A stretch of 64,000 bases of DNA from a virus. The stretch covers positions 1 through 64,000 of IMG/VR virus record IMGVR_UViG_3300043399_000788. One strand, given 5' to 3'. The notes below the pieces were generated by a model, which saw only the letters and a program-made list of their open reading frames with translations, had not been told where the DNA came from and made no database searches. The first letter of the stretch is position 1. The number at the start of each line of letters is the position of its first letter. This document shows positions 29,301 to 41,800 of the stretch, piece after piece. The position numbers and the translations under genes are program-made.

Positions 29301-29818
29301 TGACTACTATTGATATGTCATTGTTGTTCCAAGATTTAGAAAACTTTAAAGCAACTAGTGACGCAATTGTATTCAATCCTGTTAGATATAAACCATTGTT
29401 TGGTTCTAAAGCAGATCCAATTTTACAAGCAACATTTAAGGTGGTACGTAGTGATAGTACAAGATTGACTAACACACAAATACGTAACAACCTCATTAAT
29501 GCTGTCGATAAATACTTTGCAATTGAAAATTGGGATTTTGGAGATACTTTTTACTTCTCAGAATTGGCGGGTTATTTGCATAAAGAACTAAGCACAGATG
29601 TAGCAGCAATTGTAATTGTTCCTAAATTAGAATCGTTACAATTTAGCGATTTTATGCAAATTAAAGCAAGAGCAGATGAGTTGCTAATATCAGCAGCAAC
29701 AGTCGATGATGTTGAAATTATAGATTCAATCACAGCAAGCAGATTAAAAGCAACACCAAGTTCTGCAATATTCTCAGGTGCAGCACTAGCAAATAGAACT
29801 ATTATTGGAGGTTATTAA
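26390..29818 (+). CDS. Baseplate wedge protein (gp6-like)
   Basis: SYDYETLRKSM.DYL, FNDYIESSE..ALLD, ENFL.TAERRDSV..LA.MLGY, FGDGIF, IK.NAP..Y.TQNRM....DY. Confidence 0.88.
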   Translation: MAVTIRQSNLFAAEDWKRLYTTFRTADFQSYDYETLRKSMVDYLRTYYPEDFNDYIESSEFVALLDLIAFMGQSLAFRGDLNARENFLATAERRDSVYRLASMLGYSPKRHINSSGMLKIISVNTTEVLRDSSGRNLANQTIFWDDPTNLDWQEQFTAVLNAALQPGQRVGRPSGSLIVGDVLNELYQLRLRPNLVPVFPFTATVNGTAYPFEAYSIGLNPTKGMYEVPPQASDSFGLVYRSDGRGNASSNTGFFIGFKQGQLNNLDFTLTESLPNRLIGLNLENINNNDVWLYELSDAGGILREWRQIENLRDSNIIYNAVAEEERNLYSISSRINDQIDLIFGDGIFSDIPVGRFRATVRVSNGIAYNIPPSAMQGVNLSIAYVSKQNRIEAITVRAALQYTVNNAEAREEINEIKANAPQYYYTQNRMINGQDYNVFPYTKYNEISKVKSVNRTASGISRFLDVKDSTGKYSSTNVFCDDGYVFKTSVTEGTTFTWTNLNDIRKFIRNYIREIINSKPSIHLYYSGFTPATLTETLWIRGTAESGISTGYFSNLDYVPWKAGEAASGQRRLIKPGALIKFNAPAGEFFDLEGQLTEGEPALAGETTTKWASVVSVIEDGSNAGKGLNDSGIGPIILSENIPSRSIASLIYASYSTELPATFEQEVVSNITNNLDFAIRYDDSSQTWVLVDGSSFDIDEEFDESNSRRNWLIAMINNGSTYTVLSRGIEYIFGSVLDTRFYFDSATRIYDSRSGTVIKDTIKFLKFNDDPSGVGTLPQDLAMEIYDSLSYPDGYKDDTVIKITFADSDNDGVPDDPTIFDLVVGEDAEITDVDKLVFLEKYFDFDNIERYRWRDTATISTAYGTFSELELEGKYSNPVGTVFYAYQDQKFYVLTLVEDIRTLYESSDFVVRIGRSDIRFQYRHNSPNDRRIDPSPTNIIDMYVLTSSYDVEYRRYLKDITNTVIKPEPMTTIDMSLLFQDLENFKATSDAIVFNPVRYKPLFGSKADPILQATFKVVRSDSTRLTNTQIRNNLINAVDKYFAIENWDFGDTFYFSELAGYLHKELSTDVAAIVIVPKLESLQFSDFMQIKARADELLISAATVDDVEIIDSITASRLKATPSSAIFSGAALANRTIIGGY

Positions 29819-29821
29819 TAG

Positions 29822-32800
29822 ATGGCATACAGAAGGTCTTTAGATTTTCTACCAAACGTTTTTAGAACAGAGGTAAATGAAAAATTTTTACACGCCACTA
29901 TTGATCAGTTAATTAGTGAACCAGAATTAAAGAGAGTTGATGGTTATATTGGTCGCAGATTTAGTCCTGTTTCAGGATCAAATGATTCTTTTATTAATGA
30001 GTTAACAACATCAAGACAAAATTATCAACTTGAACCTCACACAACATATCTCGATGATGATAGCAAAGTTAGATTTACTGCAGGTTATGTTGATTTATTA
30101 CGTAGAATTGAATCTTTAGGTGGTTTTACAAATAACCATTCGAGATTGTTTAGCGATACAACTTACAACTATGACGGTTTTATTGACTACGATAAATTCT
30201 TAAACTACAGTTCTTATTACTGGATACCAAACGGACCAAATGCTGTTCCAGTTTACTCAACTGAAATTCCATTACAGCAAGAATTTAATGTAGTTCCACC
30301 AAATTTATATCAAATTGTTAACGGTGAATATGAAAAAGAAAAGTTTGATTTTTTAGCATTTGATGTTAGTGAAAATACTATTTCTCGAGTAAGAGAAGAT
30401 GGTATTAGATTTGATGTAACTGGTGATAGAATTAATCCAACTATTAGATTAGCACGCGGTGGCGTTTATACATTTAATGTAGATCAAGTTGGTCATGGTC
30501 TCTTTATACAAACTCAACCAGGTACCACTGAAGAATTAGGCTGGCAAGGTAATTTAAGTAGTAGAGATGTTTTTGGTGTTGAAAACAATGGAGAAGACGT
30601 TGGTACTATTACTTTTAAAGTACCAGAAATAAATGCTCAAGATTTCTTCTTAAGAATGCCAGTTTTTGCTTCAGCCAATTTGTTAGCGCACAGCAGACGA
30701 CGCAATAGAGATTTGCGTTATAATGAAATTCATTATCAAAAGTATAACGATATAGTTTCAAAATTTGGTGGTATTGATGGGCAATATATGTTGGAAGGAA
30801 AAACTATTGTTTTCCCACGTGATCCAGCAACCGGAAAAAATCCTCAACCTTGGGCACCAAATACAGAATTTTTTGAAGGTGATTTGATACAATACGCTAA
30901 TACAGTTTATCGAGTATTAGAAACATATACAACTGGCAGGATGTTTACAGATACAAAGCTAGAAGTTTATGATTTACAAGAATCTTGGTTTGATCCAGAC
31001 CCATTTGATTCTGTTGATCATTCATTTGATTCACGCGGGTTTGATATTGGAAACGATGTAAGTTTTGAACATCGTAGAGGTATTTTTAATATCACAATTA
31101 ATCAAGATGGGTATGTTGTTTTACAACCAGGTAGTGTAATACCAAGAAATAATCAAGTAAAAATACTTGAAGGTGTTGCATATGGTAACAAGAGTGTTTA
31201 TCGTAATAGTAACGATGACATCGTCCTAATGCCTTTAACAACTGCAAACTTAGATAGATTCTATTATGCAGATAGTTTAGATCCAAACATTGGTGGCGTA
31301 ATTGAAATTGTAGATCAAAATAATAACAGTTACATTGATGTTCTTGGAAGTATTATCGGTAAACCTAATTACGAAAGTCCAAACAACGTTAAACTCACAA
31401 ACGGATTAAAAATAAAGTTTTTAACAGATGTTATCCCAACAGAATACGCAAATAAAACTTATTATGTTGAAGGTGTTGGTAAAGCAATAAAGCTAGTCGA
31501 TGAAGATACTCTGCTAGCTAATGAAACATGGTTAAATACTATTGAAAGTCCTTTTGATTTAAATGATTTTGATGCTGAAGGTTTTTCAGCGTCAACAAAT
31601 AGCCCATTAAACCCAGACTATTTTGTAATCAATAGAAGCAGTATTGAACAAAGCGGATGGACACGACACAATCGTTGGTTCCATAAAGATGTAATTGAAC
31701 TAACATCTAAATATAATAATTTTAATATTTCTATTGATTCTTCTGCTAGAGCAAAAAGACCAATTTTAGAATTTGATCCAAACTTGCAATTGTTTAATTT
31801 TGGACAAATCGCTAAAAAAGCAGTTGATGTTATAGATACAAAAACTGTAGATGCATTAAGTTTGGTAGAAGGCAAAGCTGTAAAGTCTATTGATTCAAAT
31901 ATAGTTTATTTTACAGGATCAGCATCAGCAGTAGCTGAGTTCCGGTTAGAAAAAGAAAGAGAAGGTTACACAGTAGTTCGTGAAACTAGTCAAGGTGGCG
32001 TAGTTACTATACAAATGAAGCTGCAAGGAATATCAGGTTACTATATTGATGATGTTCCGCTATCTCCAGGTATGCGAGTAATATTTACTGCCGACACTGA
32101 CCCTGATGTTCGCAACAAAATTTATCAAGTAGAATGGATTAGACCACAAAACGAAACAGATGACCGAGTATGGGATTTTGTTTCTGATGGTAGCACTAAC
32201 AGTTTTGATTTAAATTTCAATGTAGCTGATGCTAGTAGACTACAAGTATTTGTGAACGGAATTGATGCTAGTTCACAAGGATATTATTGGTCTTATTTGC
32301 TAGCAACACAAAACATTGTATTTTCTTTAAACACTCCTCCAGCAGATGCAAATATTACAGTATCTCTTGAATTTGACGAACAGATCCATCTTGTATTAGC
32401 AGAAGACAGTGAAGTACAGGAAGGTGATTGTGTTTATGTTAAGCAAGGTTTAAACTATCAAGGTAAAATGTTCCACTTCCTCAACGATATGTGGAAAGAA
32501 GCTCAACAGAAAACTAAAATTAATCAACCTCCTTTATTTGATTTATATGATGAAAATAGAGTAAGCTTTGGTGATACTACTGCTTATAGCAGCACAGATT
32601 TTAATGGATGTAAACTATTTGGGTATGAAATAGGAACTGGTATTGTTGATCCTATACTAGGAATTAAACTAAAGTATAAAAATATCAATAATATTGGTGA
32701 TATTGTTTTAGGAGATTTTATTTCTAAAGATACTTTTCTTTATAGAGAAGGTCAGCAAAGTATAACTAAATCAACTATTGGGGCTAAAGTAAAAGAAAAT

Positions 32801-35800
32801 CTACCTGACAGAACATTTACTTTTAGAAATCAATGGAGAAAAGTTAGACAAAAAGGCAGACAACCACAGTTGCAAACATATTACGCAACTGATTATAAAA
32901 AGAATCTATTTAAATTAAATGTAATGCCTGATGGTATTACAAATCAAATGCTTACAAACGTTATTGTTTATATAAACAATAAATTACTTTTCAATAATAG
33001 ATATGACCTACAGATTGAAGATAACAATGCTTATCTATTGTTAGATAATGATCTAAAAGTAGGGGATAAGATTGATATTAAAGTTTACTCATCAGAGATT
33101 AATGAGAATAGTATATTTGGCGTTCCACTAAATTATACAAATAATCCATTCAATAAAGAAGTTACTGATGTTACGCTTGGTCAATTCCGTACTCATATTG
33201 ATAGTTGTATTGAAGATATCCCTAATATAAGTGATGAACCATTATCTCCTAATAATATTAGAGATACATTAGATATTAAATCATTCCGTGGAACTATATT
33301 ACAACATAGCGGTGCAACACATATTGCCAACTTCCTATTAAACGATACACAAGCAAATTTTGTTAGCGCAGTTATAAACGCACAAAGAGAATATGTAAGA
33401 TTTAAAAATAGATTTATTCAATTAACAGAAGAATTAATGTTAATTAATGAATCTCCATCTGAAACTCTTGAAAAAGTAATGAATGAAATTGTTGCTAACA
33501 AGAATAAAAATTTTGCTTATTTTACTAGCGACATGTTGCCATTTGGAAATGATTACAATAAGAGAATTTATAAAGTATATGATACAAGATTAACCACTTA
33601 TGATTTAAGTGAGATATTTAATATATCTAATCCAAGTTCAAAATCAGTTTTAGTTTATCTAAACAACAGACAATTAATACTTGGTAAAGATTATGAAATT
33701 TTAACCGAACGACCAATTATCGAATTAAATTTAACTAATGTTACGTTGAATGAAAACGATATAATTGAAATAAGAGAATATACAACTACAGATGGTAGCT
33801 ATATTCCACCAACTCCTACTAAGCTTGGACTTTATCCTGTATTTGTTCCAACTTTTGTTGTAGATGGATACGGTGAAAATGCACGTAAAATGATTCGTGG
33901 CCACGATGGTAGTTTGAATACTACATTTGATGACAACAGAGATAATGTTATACTCGAATTAGAAACTAGGATTTTTAACAATATTAAATCTGCTTATAAC
34001 ATAGATAGATTTGACATTTGGAATTATATTCCAGGCGCATTTAGAAAAACAGATTATAATCTTGACGAATTTAATTCAATATTAAGCAGTCATTTCTCTG
34101 CATGGAGTGGATCAAATTCCATTGCTGTTAGCGATTATAGACAATACGATGCAAATGATTCTTTTACATACAACTACGGAAGATTTACTAACAGAGTTGA
34201 TGGAAAAATGATGCCAGCATCTAGCTGGAGAGGAATGTATCGTTATTATTACGATACAGATGCCCCGCACTTGCGCCCATGGGAAATGCTAGGCTTTGTT
34301 GAAAAACCATCTTGGTGGGATATAACTTATGGTCCTGCTCCTTACACAAGCGGAAACACAGTGCTTTGGGGAGATATCGAAGCAGGTAAAATTCTATTTG
34401 GAGAAAGAGCCGGCGTAGATTCTAGATTTGCAAGACCAGGTTTAAGCAACATTCTTCCAGTCGACGAAAACGGCGAACTATTGAGCCCAATGAATTGCTT
34501 AACTAAAGATACTAGCGAATTAGATGTAAGCGGTTTCTTTAAATTTGGTGATGGTGGACCAGTTGAAACTGCATGGAAGCAAAGCAGTGAATATCCATTT
34601 GTATTGCAAATTGCAATAGCATTGATGAAACCAAGCGAATATTTTGGTGTTAACATTGATGCTAACAAACAAATTATTGATTTATTTGATGAACAAGAAA
34701 TTTTTATAGAAACAGGTATTAGAGAAAGTTCTAATAGATATGTTCAAAACGAAGTAGATGAAAACAGTAATGTTTATAGAGTTAATAGCTATAGCACTTG
34801 GGTAAGCGAATATTGTAAGAGCAAAGGACTCGACGTAACTAATGCTCTAGGCAAAAAGCTACGTAAACTAGAATCAAGACTTGGTTATAAAGTCGGCGGT
34901 TATACAGATAAGAAATACTTGCGTATTATAACTGATCAGTTTACTCCAGCAAGTGACAATCCAGGCGTTATTATTCCTGATGATGATTTTGATATTGTAT
35001 TGAACAAGAGCGCACCTCTTTATAATTTAACTTATAGCGGTGTAATTGTAACTAAAACTGTTGATGGTTACAGCGTAACCGGGTATGACGATAATAAACC
35101 ATACTTTAATATTGAATCAAGTTCAGAAAACAACAATAAGAGTTATATTAAAGTTGGTAAACTTGCTGTAACAAAGTACCATGATGGTACTGGTGAAATT
35201 TATCGCGTTCCTTACGGTACTGAATTCTTTAGTATTGATCAAGTTGCGGATTTCTTAATTAGTTACGGTCGTTATCTAACACGTCAAGGTTTCCAATTTA
35301 CAGATAAACTTGATGCTGATGCAAGTTGGTACCAAGATTGGGATTTAGCTGTACGCGAATTCTTATTCTATGTACAACAAGGGTGGGAAACTGATGTAGC
35401 AATTAGCTTAAGTCCAGTTGGTAACAAGATCAATTATCGTAGTCCATTTGGTGCAGTCGATTCATTAAACAACAAACCACTGAGTACAAGAATATTAGAT
35501 GAAGATTTTAAAATTGTTCGTGCTAATGAGTACACTGTTTATAGAAACGGCAGAGACTTTAATGCTAAAGTAGATGCAAATAGAGGAATTTATCTAGTTG
35601 ACATCGACGTAGTAGAATATGAACATGTTATTATCTTTAATAATAAAACACGCTTCAACGACGTAATTTATGATTCTATCATTGGTGATAGACAGCATCG
35701 TTTAAGGTTGCAAGGATTTAAAACAAGTGACTGGGACGGATCTTATAGTGCTGCTGGTTTCATAATTAATGAAGATAATGTTGAAGAATGGCGTCCAGGC

Positions 35801-38800
35801 GTAAATTACAATAAAGGTGACATTGTAATATTCAAAGAAGAATATTTTACTGCTGCCGATAAAATTTCAGCAAGCATCGACTTTAACTTTGAATTATGGA
35901 TAAAAACAGAATATAATTCAATTAAGAAAGGGTTGCTGCCAAACCTTGCAAACAAAGCTGGTCTATTTAAGAATTTCTATAACAGCAATGACGTTAACCT
36001 TGAGCAAGATGCACAAACACTTGGTAAAAATCTAATTGGATTTGAGTCACGTAGTTATATGGAAGATCTTGGCATAAGTGATACAAGTCAATTTAAATTC
36101 TATCAAGGTATGCTTAGTCAAAAAGGCACTAACTCAAGTCTTGATAAGTTGTTAAAAGCTAAAGTAGATAACTTTGGTGGCTACGCTAATGTATATGAAG
36201 AATGGGCAATCAAGGTAGGTTCATACGGTGCAACAGACAGCACTAGAAATCTACAAATTGAACTTGATGAAGCATGGGCAGTTAAGGATCCTCTTGTAAT
36301 TGAATTGCTAAATGATAATGATGCTATGCCAACGGGCTATAAAGGGCTACGTAGTAAGGACATTTTTGTTAAGCATATCCCATACGATAAAAACTTCTTA
36401 AATTATCGTTCAACAAAAACAACTCCAAGTGATTTATATACTGCTGGGTACGCACAGTTAAGTGATGTTGACTACGCAAGTCCAACTAGAGCTGCTTTAA
36501 ATTCTTATGTACAAGGAGCAGACGTAGGTCCAGGTGATTTAATTTGGATTGCGGCAGATAGGAATAATCAGTGGAGTGTTTATAGAATTGATGAAACTGA
36601 TGTTCGTTTAGAAAGTCTAAACATTATTGCTAATGGTAATGCTACTATTCGTTGCGTTAATAATCACGGATTAGAAAAGAACGATCTAATTTATATCACT
36701 AGCGATAATATTAATCCAAATGTTTTTGGATTCTTCACTGTAACTACTATATTAGATGCAAGAACATTTGTAGTTTCTACTGGTTATGGTGCAGCACAAG
36801 TTAACCCATTTGGGGGATTTGTTTACAAATTAAAGAATATGCGATTTGAAAATGTGCAGCAAGTCGCAAGTCAAGAACCACTCAAAGGTTGGCAAAAAGA
36901 CGACACTATATTTGTAGATAAAGCAGATAATCAAGGTTGGAAAATTTATCAAAACGATAAATCATGGAACGTTGGGCCATCATTTAGATCCAAGTTAAGT
37001 TTTCTTGGAGACAGGTTAGGTCACAGCTTAGCAACTGATGTTGAAAATCTATATATGATTGCAGGTCGCCCTGGTTATAATAATGATCAAGGCGGCATCG
37101 TTCTTTATAGTATTAACATAAGTGGAGATTTAGCAGAAATAGCTAATCTAACTACAAATAGCAATGAAACAAGTGGAGTTGGATTATCAGTTTCAGCAAG
37201 CAACGATTCATTCTTTGCTGCTGGTGCACCAACTTCTGCAAACAATTTAGGGTACGTTGTAATATTTGCTTCAAATCCTGAAACAGGTAATTTTAGAACA
37301 CAGCAAGTTATTACAGCAGATACATTAGATTTAGACGGTGAGTTTGGATACAGTGTAAAATTAAGCAATGACGGTAATTGGTTAGTTGTTGGTCAACCTG
37401 GTATTGATGAAGGTTATGTTTACGTCTATCAAAGAAATATTGTGAGAGTTGCTCCATCAGCAACAGCAAACTTCCAAGCTGATGGTAGTTCAGTTGCATA
37501 TGAGCTAACTGGGGATTTAGCAAATCCAAATGATGTTGAAAGCGTATACGTAACAATTAATGGTATAGCATTAAATCCAGGTGTAGATTATGATATTGTT
37601 GAAAGCACTTTGATATTCTCTGAAATTCCAATTATTAGTAGCAACATAGTTGTTACTGTCAATAGAAGTGAACCAAAACAAACATTCCTTGCTGACGGCA
37701 TTACTAACGAGTTTGAATTATCAGGCGATAACGCAACACCGTCTAGCATTTATGCTTTATTTGTTGAAGTTGACGGAGTCATTCAAGTACCATTTAAAGA
37801 TTATACACTTGGTATTGTTGGAGGGAAGTATATAGTTACAATAACTGATACTCCTGTAGGCGGAGTCGAAGTAGTTATTAGTCAAAGAACACACTATTCA
37901 CTAGTAACATCCTTTACTAATGCCGCTGCTACTATTGGTGATAGATTTGGCCAAACAGTTGAACTCACAGATAATGCAAGGCAAATTTTAGTTGGTGCTC
38001 CTGCAAGCATAATTGATGGAATAGATAACACAGGCAAAATTTACATCTATGATAGAACAGCAGAAATATATTACGCAGATGGGGTTTCTAACGATTATGT
38101 AACCTTGTCAAACATTGAAGGTAAACCTTATGTTTATGTTGACAATCAAAAATTAGTAGAGTTTGAAGATTATTATCAAACAGCCTTAGATACGATACAA
38201 TTTGTTAATAAACCATCTACTGGTAGTTTAATAAAAATTGAAACAAACAACTTAATACTAACTGATGCTTTAACAGCAGAAGATGCAAACGATGACTTAG
38301 AAGAATCTGCAAGGTTTGGTGAAAGCATTGTTGTTTGCCCAACTAATTGTTCAGTCTATGTTGGTTCTCCTGGTAGAAATTCGTCAAGTAAAATTAATGC
38401 AGGCAAAGTTTATCGTTTTATAAATCAAGGAAGAGCATTTGGCAAGATCAGAGGCACAGTTGAAAACCCAACTATAGCTAATGATTCTGCATTAATCATA
38501 AATGATTTTATTATTGGATTGTATTCTGGTTATGGACTTAACGATATAATTGATGCAATAAACAATGCAGTGATCCCAGGAGTGACAGCAAGTAACTTCA
38601 ATGATTATCTTCAAATTGAAACTAACAGTTTAATTACAGGTGAGAAACTTCTTATCTCTGAGGCTATTGGTAACCCAGCAGAAGATATTGGGGTAGTCAT
38701 CTATCCTCACCAACAAACAATTGATAGTCCGCAAGATGATCATTATGTTGAGTTTGGTAGATCATTGGCTATTGGGTCCGAAGCAGATTTATTAGCAATT

Positions 38801-41800
38801 GGTAGTTCTAGAGCAAGTTCACGTTTGGAAACTACAATTGATAATAAGACAACTTACTTTGATGCTAGAGCAACTTCTTTTAATGATATTAGAAAGCAAA
38901 GTGGAGCTGTTTGGTTATATCAAATGCTATCAACATCAAACTCAAGCGCACAAAATCCAGGTCAGTTTATTTCTGGTCAACGTTTGATTAACTCATTTAT
39001 CGATAACCTAGATGAGTATGGCGCCAGTATTGCTATTAACAAAACAACAATTTATGTTGGCGCACCTGGTGACGACACACGTATTGCTAACGATAGTTCA
39101 TTATCAAATGCCGGTGCAGTATTCTCTTTTGAAAATAGTAGCAAACAAAAAATTTGGAAAACAATTAGAAGAGAAGAAGGCAAAGTTGATATTAACTTAA
39201 TCAACAGAGTATTCTTGTACAACAAAGAAACAAGTGCAATTGTTGCAGATCTTGAATTTATTGATCCTGTAAAAGGAAAAATAAGTGGTCTAGCCGCACA
39301 AGAAATTACATATCAAACACCGTATGATCCGGCAGTATATAATAATACTTCTGCTGGCAGAGTATGGGGTAAAGAACACATTGGTCAAGTTTGGTGGGAT
39401 ATTAGTCAAACAAGATGGTTAGATTATGAGCAAGGAAATGTTGACACAAGAGGTGTTAACTGGAATACCGCTTTCCCTGGATCAACTGTTATTTGCTACG
39501 AGTGGATCGAAAACGATTTACCTCCAACTCAATTTGTAGATGAGAAAGATCCTACAGCATTTGCAAGATCAAATACTTTTAATATTATTGCTAATATTGA
39601 TAGCAATACAGGTGTAGTAACCAACAAATATTATTACTGGGTTGCAGGAAAAAGAACAATTCCTCAAATTAATAATCGCAGATATAGTACTGTTGATTTA
39701 GAAAATCTAATTGCAAACCCACGTTCAACTGGTATACCATTTATTACATTCATTGCAAGAAATGCAGTTGCATTGTACAACTGTTCAAATCTATTGCAAG
39801 ACAAAAATGTAATTTTAAATATTGATTACGATTATAAACTAAACGAGAATTCAATCCACACTGAGTTCCAACTACTTTCAGAAAATGATCCAGCAAGTCA
39901 TCCAAATGAAAAGCTTGTACAAAAGATGATTGACAGTTTGGCTGGTACAGATGTACTAGGAAATCTAGTACCTGATGTTAAGTTAACAATTGGTGAGAAA
40001 TACGGTATTGAATATCGCCCTCGTCAAACAATGTTTAGAAATCGTAAGGAAGCATTAAAATCTGCTGTAAGTTATATTAACAGAATATTGTCTGAAATAC
40101 CAGCAAGAGACAAAAAAGACGTTTCTAACTTATTAGCTTACGAATTAATTCCTAATGTAAATCAAAATGCATACGATGATGTTGTAAATGATCGTGTTGA
40201 ACTTGGTTATATTAACATTAATCTACTACCTGCTAACTATCGAATTCTAGTTAGAAGTGATGCAGAAGTTAGCAACAGATGGGCAATATATCGCAAGCAA
40301 AATAATATTTGGATTCTTGATAGAGTTCAAACTTTTGATAACAGGCGTTACATTGATACAATTGATTGGATTAAACCAGGCGAAGTAGATCCAATTGTAA
40401 CAAATTATACTATTAATTTTAACTATGAGTTACTAAGCTTAACTCCAATCGAAGGTGATACTGTTAAAGTTAAGGATTCAGGTGATGGAAGATATGCTGT
40501 ATTAAAGTTCACTAATCAAAATGGTTATGAAATTATTAAAAAAGAAGCAGCAACTTACAAGATTCTAGATGCAATATGGAATGAATCTACATACGTTCAA
40601 GGATTTGACAGAGAAACATTTGATGTACAAATATTTGACGATTGGCCAACACTTGAAATACAGAAAATATTAAGAGCTATCTATGATGATATTTTTGTAT
40701 CCGAAGATCAAGTGCAAAAGAACAAATGGTTCCTCTTAGTTATAAAGCATTTGTTAGCAGAACAAAAATATGTTGATTGGGTATTTAAAACTAGCTTCAT
40801 CAAAGTTGAACACAGAGATCAACAAGCTATTAGTCAAATCCCAAGCTTGCAAAAAGATAGACAGGATAACTTACGCAAATACATTGAAGAAGTTAAACCA
40901 TATCATACAAAGATCAGAGAATTTATAAACAGCCATGAAGGCACAGATGTTTATGAATCTGCAACTACTGACTTTGACGTTCCTGCTTACTTTAATGAAA
41001 CTAACGGAACATACCGTAGTCCAACTGGATTAGATGAAATAGATGACATTATTTTTGATCGTCCAGAGTACGCAGCATGGCTTAACAATCATACACTAGA
41101 AATAGAATCTGTGTTAGTGTATAATACAGGATCAGGATATAGCAGTCCTCCAGCACTAACAGTAGTTGGGGGTTCTGGAACTGGTGCAAAACTTGAAGCA
41201 GTTATCGTAAACGGACAAATTACTAGTGTATCAGTAATTAATTCAGGAACAGGTTTCATTACTACACCAACTATTGAAATTGGTAATTCAAGTGGTGACG
41301 GTGCTATTTTAATTCCTGTTATGACTAACCAAAAAGTTCGTAGCATTAAAGATACAGTTAAATTTGATCGCATTCCAAACAATGGAGGATTTTTAGTACA
41401 GTTCTTAGATAGCTTTGGTAATCCAGTTGATATCCGCAATCAACGTAAATCACGTATCATTGGAGAACAAGGCGTAATTGACGAGTTACTAGATGCGCTA
41501 ACAGGGTTTAATTGGATAAAGGAAAATAGTGGATCAGTTAACTGGCCAGTTGAAAATGCTAGTAACTATAGAATTTTCTCAGATGATTCAGGAAGAATTC
41601 AAGTACAATATAAAAAGACACAAGGGGGATGGACAGCATCATTCCTCCAAGCATATCTAAGATCTCTTGGATATGCTGTAGGCATAGATGAATTAGACAT
41701 CAGTGGAACAACTGTTGTAGTTGACGGCAACATGAGTTTGTATGCCCCAACTGTTATGGAATGGCAACCAAATACACGTTATGATACAGGGGATATTGTG

